Assembly (NCBI GenBank): GCA_009772965.1
Contig: WPAF01000002.1
Location: 54,199 to 118,198, forward strand
From: Candidatus Saganbacteria bacterium
GTDB taxonomy: Bacteria; Margulisbacteria; WOR-1; XYC2-FULL-46-14; WPAF01
DNA length: 64,000 bases
Direction of reading: 5' to 3'
The notes below the pieces were generated by a model. That model was not told where the DNA came from and did not search any database. It saw only the letters and a program-made list of their open reading frames with translations. Each line of letters starts with the position of its first letter. The first letter of the stretch is position 1. Below, piece after piece: positions 9,958 to 17,501 of this stretch. The translations under genes were made by a program, and so were the position numbers.

Positions 9958-11238
9958 ATGTTGTTCTTAACGCCAAAAATAGCAGCGCTTGCATTGTTTA
10001 TCGCCGCTTATGTCTTATTTGTTTTTTTTCCCGCACGAAGAACCCTTATCTCTGTTTCAGCGGTTATGCTGCTATTGCTTTTTAAAGCTATTTCTCCAAA
10101 CGACGCGCTGATGGCAATTAACTGGAATGTAATTGGGATATTCATTGGAACGCTCGCGGTGGCGGATATATTTATGGAAAGCCGCGCGCCTGCTTTTTTT
10201 GCCGAATTAATTGTGGACAGGGCAAAAAGCACCGCCTGGGCGATTTTATTTATTTGTTTATTGACCGGTTTTATATCCGCATTTGTTGAAAATGTCGCGA
10301 CTGTCCTTATTGTTGCCCCGATAGTTATAGCGCTTACCAAGAAACTTAAAATCAATCCAATCGGTCCCATGATAGCGGTTGCCATTTCCAGCAATTTACA
10401 GGGAACGGCTACTTTAATAGGAGATCCGCCCAGCATGCTACTTGGAGGTTTTGCTAAAATGAATTTTATGGATTTTTTCTTTTACCATGGCAAGCCCGGC
10501 ATCTTTTTCGCGGTTGAGCTTGGCGCGATTTTTTCCTTTTTTATACTTTACCTGATTTTTAAACACTACAAAGAAAAAAGCACTTTGTTGAAAGTAGAAA
10601 AAATAAAAGCGTATTTCCCGTCTTTTTGGCTGGTTCTTTTGATTTTTGTCCTTGCTCTTTCTTCTTTTTTTGATCCTGGATTTTCCTGCGTGGCAGGAAC
10701 AATCTGCTTATTTTTTGGGCTGGTGTCTTTAATTTATAAAATGTTTACTGAAAAAAAATCGCTGGGGTATGGTATTACGAATCTTGATTGGGATACTACG
10801 CTTTTCCTTATGGCGATTTTTATTTTAGTCGGAAGTTTGACTATTACTGGATGGATTGACACCTTTTCTATTTTCCTGGCTAATGTAATCGGCCAAAATA
10901 TTCTGGGCGGATATCTTTTAATTGTTATTACAGCCGTTGTCCTTTCATCTTTCATAGATAATGTCCCTTTTTTGGCGGCCATGCTGCCGGTTGCGCTCTC
11001 GGTATCGCAAAGAATAAATATTGATCCCCCCCTCTTGCTTTTTGGGCTTTTAATTGGCGCTAGTTTAGGCGGGAATATTACCCCAATTGGCGCGTCGGCC
11101 AATATTGTAGCTTGCGGGATATTAAAAAAAGAAGGATATCAGGTAAAATTCGGCGAATTTATAAAAATCGGCTTGCCGTTTACTTTGGTGGCAGTGACGG
11201 CTTCATGCCTTTTTGTTTGGCTAATTTGGCGTCCTTGA
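9958..11238 (+). CDS. Second ArsB/NhaD-superfamily anion permease
   Basis: 426 aa membrane protein carrying IGDPPSMLLGG and GGNITPIGASANIVA motifs. A paralogue of the 1310..2626 permease. Confidence 0.7.
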   Translation: MLFLTPKIAALALFIAAYVLFVFFPARRTLISVSAVMLLLLFKAISPNDALMAINWNVIGIFIGTLAVADIFMESRAPAFFAELIVDRAKSTAWAILFICLLTGFISAFVENVATVLIVAPIVIALTKKLKINPIGPMIAVAISSNLQGTATLIGDPPSMLLGGFAKMNFMDFFFYHGKPGIFFAVELGAIFSFFILYLIFKHYKEKSTLLKVEKIKAYFPSFWLVLLIFVLALSSFFDPGFSCVAGTICLFFGLVSLIYKMFTEKKSLGYGITNLDWDTTLFLMAIFILVGSLTITGWIDTFSIFLANVIGQNILGGYLLIVITAVVLSSFIDNVPFLAAMLPVALSVSQRINIDPPLLLFGLLIGASLGGNITPIGASANIVACGILKKEGYQVKFGEFIKIGLPFTLVAVTASCLFVWLIWRP

Positions 11239-11252
11239 AACAGGAGGTTAAT

Positions 11253-11579
11253 ATGAACAAGATAAAATTAGGCCTTTTGCTGGGTATTGCTGCCGGCGTT
11301 ATTGATGTGGCGCCGATGATTATGATGAAGCTTCCTTTGTCCGCGGATTTATCCGCTTTTTCGATGTGGGTAATTATTGGCTTTTTTATTGCCGCAACAA
11401 ATATTGGCATTAAAGGAGCGGTAAAAGGCATAGTGATATCTTTCCTTAACCTTCTTCCGGCCGCGATTATAATTTCTGCCGGCAATCCAATGGATATTAT
11501 TCCAGTTGTTTCAATGACTTTGATTCTGGGAAGCATGCTAGGGTTTTTAATTGAAAAAGCAGGGAAGGGATGCTACTAA
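11253..11579 (+). CDS. Small hydrophobic membrane protein (unknown function)
   Basis: The ATG at 11253 is preceded by a CAGGAGG RBS. The product is about 108 aa with 3-4 predicted TM helices. The longer 11112 ORF overlaps the permease and is less likely. Confidence 0.45.
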   Translation: MNKIKLGLLLGIAAGVIDVAPMIMMKLPLSADLSAFSMWVIIGFFIAATNIGIKGAVKGIVISFLNLLPAAIIISAGNPMDIIPVVSMTLILGSMLGFLIEKAGKGCY

Positions 11580-11636
11580 TGGCCTTGACTTGTATTCATT
11601 GTTGAGTAATAATTTACTCAAGGTTGAAAAATAGAA

Positions 11637-12215
11637 ATGATGCAATTGTTTGCAAAATCAAAAATCCGGCAAAGAATAATTTTATTATTCATTTATAACC
11701 AAAATAAGGAATTTTATTTAAGTGAAATTGCCAAAAAAGTTAGAACCTCTGCTGGTACGGCTCAGCGTGAGCTTAATCGGCTTTTAGGTAGCGATTTAAT
11801 CGTTTTTAAAAAGAAAGCCATTTTAAATATTTATGCTCTCAACCGGCATTATTCTTTACTCCCTGAAGTGGAGTCAATAATAAAGAAAACATTTGGGATA
11901 GAAGTTGAATTGAAAAAAGAATTAGGCAAAGTGAGAAATATATCTTTTGCTTTTCTTTTTGGCTCTTTTGTTAAGGGCGGATTTAAATCTGATTCTGACA
12001 TTGATCTTTTTGTGATTGGAGAAGTTGATGAAAATAGGATGTTTAAGATGGTACGGAAAGTAGAGGAAAAGATTGGGAGGGAAATAAATTATCATATTGC
12101 AACCGAAGGGGAGTTTTCCGAAAAGAAAAAAACAAATTATTTTCATAAAGATATTGTTAAAAACTGTATTTTGTTGAGAGGTGATGAGCATGAATTTAGG
12201 AAATTTATTAAGTAG
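11637..12215 (+). CDS. Nucleotidyltransferase (MNT/MntA-like) with an N-terminal winged-helix HTH extension
   Basis: The C-terminal half contains LFGSFVKGGFKSDSDIDLFVIG, the minimal NTase fold signature (GS...D.D). The N-terminal roughly 90 aa (LSEIAKKVRTSAGTAQRELNRL) resemble a wHTH regulator. Confidence 0.6.
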   Translation: MMQLFAKSKIRQRIILLFIYNQNKEFYLSEIAKKVRTSAGTAQRELNRLLGSDLIVFKKKAILNIYALNRHYSLLPEVESIIKKTFGIEVELKKELGKVRNISFAFLFGSFVKGGFKSDSDIDLFVIGEVDENRMFKMVRKVEEKIGREINYHIATEGEFSEKKKTNYFHKDIVKNCILLRGDEHEFRKFIK

Positions 12216-12620
12216 ATTGTTAAAAGAAGGAAAAATAAAGAGTCAGGTTGCTGATAATAACTATCTGGACAATTTGTTGGCTGCGGCCAAAAGGAATTTT
12301 GAAGCAGCCGCATTGCTTAGAGATAAGGTGGATGAGGCGGCATTTAAACTTGTCTATGATGGGCTGCTTCAAATCGGTCGCGTAATTGTTCTTTCTTTAC
12401 GGTTGCGGGAGAACTACTGGGCAATGAATATGGTGACTTAATTGAAAAGATACAAAAATTCCGCATAAAAAGGAATGACTGTATCTATGAACCGAGAGAT
12501 TTTATTGGCAAAGCAGAAACCGAAGCTATATTTAAAACTGCCAAAGAATTTTGGCATAAAGTGCGACATTATTTGGAAGAAAAGAGCCCGCAGTTGAAGC
12601 TTTTTAGGGATTTTAATTGA
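12190..12620 (+). pseudogene. HEPN-domain partner of the nucleotidyltransferase, interrupted by an apparent +1 frameshift near 12395-12410
   Basis: Frame A (MNLGNLLSRLL...VIVLSLRLRENYWAMNMVT*) stops at 12441. Frame A+1 continues without a stop as ...TVAGELLGNEYGDLIEKIQKFRIKRNDCIYEP...EFWHKVRHYLEEK, ending at 12620. Together they resemble a HEPN domain. The start overlaps the NTase gene by 26 nt, as is typical of MNT/HEPN pairs. Confidence 0.5.
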
Positions 12621-12677
12621 AAGGATAGAAAAAAACTTACATCGCTGAACTAATATTAACGGTTATGTGGATGATAT

Positions 12678-12720
12678 TATGTCAATGCCCATTGACATAA
12701 ATAGTGTGCAGCATTATGAT
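12678..12720 (+). promoter_or_regulatory. arsR promoter with overlapping perfect palindromic operator
   Basis: Perfect inverted repeat TATGTCAATG-cc-CATTGACATA (12678-12699). TTGACA (12692-12697), a 17-nt spacer and TATGAT (12715-12720). The arsR ATG at 12730 makes an almost leaderless transcript. Confidence 0.55.
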
Positions 12721-12729
12721 TAAACTATC

Positions 12730-13038
12730 ATGAAGCGGAAATCGAAATGTCTTTGCACCCAAAAAAAACTGACGCATATTTCTAAATTACTTAAAACAAT
12801 TGCCGAAGACAATCGCCTAAAAATTATCTGCCTGCTGCGCCAAAGGGAAATGTGCGTTTGCGAACTCGAGGAGGAGCTAAAACTGAAACATAATCTAATA
12901 TGCCACCACCTAAAGGCGCTAGGGAAAGCAGGCATATTAAAGATTAGGCAAGATTGCCAATACACATATTATCGAATGAATGATCAAGTATATAAAAAAG
13001 TGCTAGCAGATATTAATGCGTTGTTGGAGGGAGTATAA
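12730..13038 (+). CDS. arsR: ArsR/SmtB-family metalloregulator (arsenite-responsive repressor)
   Basis: 102 aa with the ELCVCEL metal-binding motif in the HTH region (..EMCVCELEEELKLKHNLICHHLKAL..). Lies upstream of ACR3. Confidence 0.85.
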   Translation: MKRKSKCLCTQKKLTHISKLLKTIAEDNRLKIICLLRQREMCVCELEEELKLKHNLICHHLKALGKAGILKIRQDCQYTYYRMNDQVYKKVLADINALLEGV

Positions 13039-13051
13039 GAGGGAGTATAAG

Positions 13052-14170
13052 ATGGAAAAAAATGATCAGTCAACAGATAATGTTAGCGCCAAGCTGCCGA
13101 TTTTTGAGCGGTATCTTTCGGTTTGGGTGATCCTCTGCATTATCGGCGGCATTATTTTGGGCAAGGTTTTTCCTCAGGCCATAAACTTCTTAAGCCGGAT
13201 TGAAATCGCACAGGTCAATATCCCTGTTGCCATTCTTATCTGGCTGATGATCTACCCCATGATGGTGCAGATAGATTTTTCAAGCATTATCAGGGTTGGC
13301 AAAAGGCCAAAAGGATTAATTGTAACCTTAGTGGTTAATTGGTTAATCAAACCATTCACTATGGCTATCTTTGCGGTTATCTTTTTGAAATATTTATTTT
13401 CCGCGTTTATAAATCCCGCCTTGGCTACGGAATATATTGCCGGAGCAATCCTTTTGGGGGCCGCGCCCTGCACGGCAATGGTTTTTGTCTGGAGCTATTT
13501 AACCAAAGGGAATCCTGCCCATACCCTAGTTCAAGTTGCGGTAAACGATCTGGTAATATTGGTTGCTTTTGTCCCGATCGTAAAATTCTTGTTGGGAGTA
13601 AACCAAATAATAGTGCCTTACGACACCTTGATATATTCGACGATTTTCTTTGTGGTTATCCCTTTAGCCGGAGGATACATTTCGCGGCAGCAGCTCATAA
13701 AACACATGGGCATAGAATGGTTTGAAAATGTGTTTTTGAAGATATTAAAACCGGTCACAATTATGGGGCTTCTTTCGACCTTGATTTTGCTTTTTGCTTT
13801 TCAAGGCAATATTATTATCAAAAATCCTTTGCACATCTTTTTAATTGCCATTCCCTTGACGATCCAAACCTATTTTATCTTTGCCGTTGGTTATTTATGG
13901 GCAAAGAAATGGCGGATTGAGCACGCGATCGCTTCTCCAGCCGCAATGATCGGCGCCAGCAATTTTTTTGAGCTGGCGGTAGCTGTTGCAATCGCTCTTT
14001 TTGGCTTAAAAAGCGGCGCGGCATTGGCTACCGTAGTAGGAGTTTTAACCGAAGTGCCTATTATGCTTAGTCTGGTCAATTTTTCAAATAAAACCCGGCA
14101 TTGGTTTGTTAAAGAGGAAACAAGAACAAAGATAAAAAATGCTTTAGGAAAAGGCCATGGTTGCTACTGA
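13052..14170 (+). CDS. acr3: Arsenite efflux transporter, ACR3 family
   Basis: MEKNDQ...KLPIFERYLSVWVILCIIGGIILG....PVAILIWLMIYPMMVQIDF is a canonical ACR3 N-terminus. About 10 TM helices. AGGGAG RBS before the ATG at 13052. Confidence 0.85.
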   Translation: MEKNDQSTDNVSAKLPIFERYLSVWVILCIIGGIILGKVFPQAINFLSRIEIAQVNIPVAILIWLMIYPMMVQIDFSSIIRVGKRPKGLIVTLVVNWLIKPFTMAIFAVIFLKYLFSAFINPALATEYIAGAILLGAAPCTAMVFVWSYLTKGNPAHTLVQVAVNDLVILVAFVPIVKFLLGVNQIIVPYDTLIYSTIFFVVIPLAGGYISRQQLIKHMGIEWFENVFLKILKPVTIMGLLSTLILLFAFQGNIIIKNPLHIFLIAIPLTIQTYFIFAVGYLWAKKWRIEHAIASPAAMIGASNFFELAVAVAIALFGLKSGAALATVVGVLTEVPIMLSLVNFSNKTRHWFVKEETRTKIKNALGKGHGCY

Positions 14171-14268
14171 TCTGTCCGAAAACTCCAACGAAGTTGTTTG
14201 TTGAATCTGGGCTGTTGAATCTGGGCTTGACAATGTCGTTTCAATAATCTACCATATGTGGTAGAAAA

Positions 14269-14865
14269 ATGAAACCGATAGAAATACAAAACAAACTAAA
14301 AGAAAGCGGCTTGAAGATATTTTCCAGATTTGAGTTTCGACGGTTGGTTGGGGCGTCGCCTATCGCTGCGCAAAAACTATTGGAAAGATACACGCAAAAA
14401 GGAGTATTTGCCCGGCTAAAGGGGGGCATGTACGCTTTAGAAATAAGCTTCCCCTCCAGTTATTTGATAGCAAATAAACTATATAAACCATCCTATATAT
14501 CCTTTGAAACGGCTCTTTCTTATTATCGCGTAATTCCCGAAGTGGTTTATTCTTTTACTTCTGCCACAACAAAAACAACGCGCGAATACGGGGTCAAGAA
14601 CATGGTTTTTAATTATCACAAGATAATGAAAAAGGCCTTTACCGGCTATAAATTGATCAAGCTGGGCGGTGAGAATATCCTCTTGGCAGAAAAGGAAAAA
14701 GCCTTAGCGGATTATCTTTATTATGTGTTTTTACATAAAAAAAAGCTTAATGACCGGTTGAATCTAAAAGGGATTGATCGCAAGAAATTGCTTGTTTTTG
14801 TATCTTTATTTGGAAAACCAAGTTTTATAAGGTGGGTTGAACATGATATCAGAAAAACAAATTGA
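14269..14865 (+). CDS. AbiEi-like antitoxin/transcriptional regulator (type IV TA, abortive-infection AbiE family)
   Basis: 198 aa. The N-terminal ..LVGASPIAAQKLLERYTQKGVFARLKGGMYAL region resembles the AbiEi wHTH domain. It is followed, with overlap, by an AbiEii-type NTase gene. Confidence 0.7.
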   Translation: MKPIEIQNKLKESGLKIFSRFEFRRLVGASPIAAQKLLERYTQKGVFARLKGGMYALEISFPSSYLIANKLYKPSYISFETALSYYRVIPEVVYSFTSATTKTTREYGVKNMVFNYHKIMKKAFTGYKLIKLGGENILLAEKEKALADYLYYVFLHKKKLNDRLNLKGIDRKKLLVFVSLFGKPSFIRWVEHDIRKTN

Positions 14866-15556
14866 AGAAATAGCGGTAAAAATGCAAACCTCTGCCATTA
14901 ATGTTGCCCGAGAGTACGCGCAAAACTTGTTTCTCCAGTATTTTTACGCGCAGGAAGGTTCAGAAGCAATTTATTTTAAGGGCGGAACCGCGTTAAGGAT
15001 ACTTTATCGGAGCCCCCGTTTTTCCGAGGATTTGGATTTTTCAACCTCCCATATAGATAAAAGTATAATTGAAAAACTTCTCCAGGAAACAGCGATAAAA
15101 ATTGACGAAGAGGGGGTTTTGATAGAAATTGAGGAAGCAAAGCCCACTTCCGGAGGATATTTAGGCGAGATCAAAGTTTCGATCGGCGCGATTAATTTTA
15201 ATATTATGATGGAAATATCAAGCCGGAAGAAAAAAACTTCCGGAGAAACAGTTGTGGTTGAAAACCCTTATGTAAGCACCTACACGGTTTTATCGCTCAA
15301 AAAAGAAGAATTGATCGCGGAAAAAATCGAAGCGCTCCTTGACCGGAAAAAGCCCAGGGACTTTTTCGATCTGTATTTTATGCTGAGAGCAAACCTTATC
15401 CCCAATAAAAAGTTTTTAAAACTAGTTATTCCTTTGCTAGGAAAAACAAAAATCGACTTTAAAAATGAGTTGGGCGAATTTTTACCGAGAAGTTTCCATC
15501 CCATAATCAAAAAATTCCCTGTTGCCCTGGCTCAGGAAATCCGCCGGCATCTTTAA
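14837..15556 (+). CDS. AbiEii/AbiGii-family nucleotidyltransferase toxin (DUF1814-like)
   Basis: MNMISEKQIEEIAV...FLQYFYAQEGSEAIYFKGGTALRILYRSPRFSEDLDFS matches the AbiEii NTase signature (GGTAL...R.SEDLDF). The start overlaps abiEi by 29 nt. AAGGTGGG RBS. Confidence 0.75.
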   Translation: MNMISEKQIEEIAVKMQTSAINVAREYAQNLFLQYFYAQEGSEAIYFKGGTALRILYRSPRFSEDLDFSTSHIDKSIIEKLLQETAIKIDEEGVLIEIEEAKPTSGGYLGEIKVSIGAINFNIMMEISSRKKKTSGETVVVENPYVSTYTVLSLKKEELIAEKIEALLDRKKPRDFFDLYFMLRANLIPNKKFLKLVIPLLGKTKIDFKNELGEFLPRSFHPIIKKFPVALAQEIRRHL

Positions 15557-15564
15557 GCTGATTA

Positions 15565-15819
15565 TCAGCCATGCTTGAGCTTTAAAATTATCAAATAAGC
15601 GCAAAGCATAATAGTAAGCGAGTTGGCTATAATTATCGGGAGCGACTGCAGGATGACGCCATAAGCAATCCAAAGCATTAAACCAATCGACATAACCACG
15701 TACATCCCCAGCGAAAGATCTTTTGTATGCTTGCTGTTATGTGCCTTGATTACCTGGGGGAGAAAGGCGGAGGTGGTTAAAATGGCGGCGAGAATACCGA
15801 TAATTAATTTAATGTCCAT
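15565..15819 (-). CDS. SemiSWEET-type (PQ-loop/MtN3) small sugar transporter
   Basis: 84 aa, three TM helices, with an LPQV PQ-loop motif in TM1 (ILTTSAFLPQVIKA). The size and topology are typical of bacterial SemiSWEETs. Confidence 0.65.
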   Translation of the reverse strand: MDIKLIIGILAAILTTSAFLPQVIKAHNSKHTKDLSLGMYVVMSIGLMLWIAYGVILQSLPIIIANSLTIMLCAYLIILKLKHG

Positions 15820-15899
15820 CCCTATACTATAATTTAAACTGGGATTGGTGGCAAGCGCTCATTGCTTTTTTGCCGTATAAAGATTAGGATTATAACGCC

Positions 15900-17444
15900 A
15901 TGCAGAAATATACGGATGCCGAAGTTTTGATCGCCAATAAGCGGCTTGGCAAAACCGCACTGCATGATCCGGTAATTATTTCTCGCTTATTTAAGCGCAT
16001 TACCAATAAAACACTGAAAAATATCCGCCCGGACAAGCGTCTTGTAATTACCCGCCCTTTCCGTCCTGCCAGTGAAATCCACACCGGAAATATTGTCAAC
16101 CGCATCCTGGCGCTGGACGAAAACGGAGCCAAATCTGTGCTCAAGCAAACGCTTAAGGATTTCGCGCACCGCCATAAGGATATTCAATCCATCCTGATGA
16201 GGAATTACCAGAAAATTTCCGGATATATCAAGGATCCGGCGGCGTTATCAGATGAAAGAAAGCTTTTGCTTGGCGCCTGTTTTACGATGGAATATTCCAT
16301 CGAATCGGCTGCCCTTTTTAATCCTTCGATTGTCATTTATCCCAAGCAGAACAATTTGAAGAGGGGACAAACCCGCGTTATTTTTAGCTTCCGTGCGACG
16401 GGCGAAGGGCATATCTCCTCGATCGTTTTTCGCAGCGCCCTGATCGATAAAGATAATTCGATCTTTCTGGAGCCAGTAAGCCCATTTTTGGGCGCGCCCG
16501 AAATTGTTTTGAACGCGACTTACGACCGGGAACTTTTTAAAGCCAAACTGAAAGAGATGGGGCAGTTTAGCGAAGCGGCAAATGCGATTTACCAACTATT
16601 GCCTTCGAGCTTTACGCTGGAAGAAATGGGGCAGGCAATTACCTCCGTCCGCAACAAAAATATTTTTTCCGACATGGATGACTCCATTATCCACATCAAG
16701 TGGCTGGCGGAATCGAATTATGAGGTCTTTTTTCCGCACGGGCAGTTGATTTCGGAAAGGGTCATTTTCCCTCTCTCTCAAAACGAAAGCAACGGCGTGG
16801 AAGACGCGCGCTTCGTCCGTTTTGTTGATGACGATGACAACGTTACCTACTACGCGACCTATACCGCTTATAACGGCAGGGAAATACTTCCGCAATTGAT
16901 AGAAACAAAAGATTTCCACCATTTTAAAATCTCGACCCTCAACGGCCCCATGGCGCGCAATAAGGGAATGGCTCTTTTTCCGCGCAAAATCAACGGGCAG
17001 TATGCCATGATCACGCGGACTGACGGGGAAAATCTCTATTTAAGCTATTCCAATAATATTCATTTCTGGTTTGAAGGGGTTAAAATTGAAGCGCCGGAAA
17101 ATCCCTGGGAGCTGGTTCAGATCGGCAATTGCGGGTCGCCGCTCGAAACGAAAAAAGGCTGGATCCTGCTGACCCACGGCGTAGGGCCGATGCGCAAATA
17201 CTGCATTGGCGTCGTACTCTTAGACTTGAAAGACCCCTCGAAAATAATAGGGCGGCTCAAAGAGCCCCTGCTTATGCCGCGGGAAGAAGAGCGCGAGGGC
17301 TATGTGCCGAACGTGGTTTACAGCTGCGGTTCCATCATCCTCAACAATGAATTGATTATTCCTTACGCCATTTCCGACTCCGATTCGCATGTAGCCAGCA
17401 TCCCTGTTGACGAACTGCTCGAGAAGCTTTTAAGACAGGTCTAA
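15900..17444 (+). CDS. GH130-family glycoside phosphorylase/hydrolase with an approximately 230-aa N-terminal extension
   Basis: The C-terminal 280 aa (..NGVEDARFVRFVDDDDNVTYYATYTAYNG..ALFPRKINGQYAMI..) match the GH130 beta-propeller (beta-1,4-mannosyl phosphorylase-like). The N-terminal domain is not recognised. Confidence 0.7.
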   Translation: MQKYTDAEVLIANKRLGKTALHDPVIISRLFKRITNKTLKNIRPDKRLVITRPFRPASEIHTGNIVNRILALDENGAKSVLKQTLKDFAHRHKDIQSILMRNYQKISGYIKDPAALSDERKLLLGACFTMEYSIESAALFNPSIVIYPKQNNLKRGQTRVIFSFRATGEGHISSIVFRSALIDKDNSIFLEPVSPFLGAPEIVLNATYDRELFKAKLKEMGQFSEAANAIYQLLPSSFTLEEMGQAITSVRNKNIFSDMDDSIIHIKWLAESNYEVFFPHGQLISERVIFPLSQNESNGVEDARFVRFVDDDDNVTYYATYTAYNGREILPQLIETKDFHHFKISTLNGPMARNKGMALFPRKINGQYAMITRTDGENLYLSYSNNIHFWFEGVKIEAPENPWELVQIGNCGSPLETKKGWILLTHGVGPMRKYCIGVVLLDLKDPSKIIGRLKEPLLMPREEEREGYVPNVVYSCGSIILNNELIIPYAISDSDSHVASIPVDELLEKLLRQV

Positions 17445-17464
17445 TCCACACTCGCAATTTCATA

Positions 17465-17484
17465 CCTGCCTGCCGGCAGGCAGG
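17465..17484. terminator. GC-rich perfect 20-bp palindrome between convergent genes; first copy of a repeated motif
   Basis: CCTGCCTGCC|GGCAGGCAGG lies between the GH130 stop (17444) and the GT4 stop (17502). A near-identical core GCCTGCCGGCAGGC recurs at 48159-48172. Confidence 0.4.
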
Positions 17485-17501
17485 TTCTTCGATCATATCA
17501 A

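Noticed and set aside
10008-11102. 142-aa and 122-aa minus-strand ORFs
   Set aside because: Antisense within the second ArsB/NhaD permease gene.
13339-13725. 128-aa plus-strand ORF in an alternate frame
   Set aside because: Embedded within the ACR3 gene in another frame. Cys/Gly-rich low-complexity translation. Shadow ORF.
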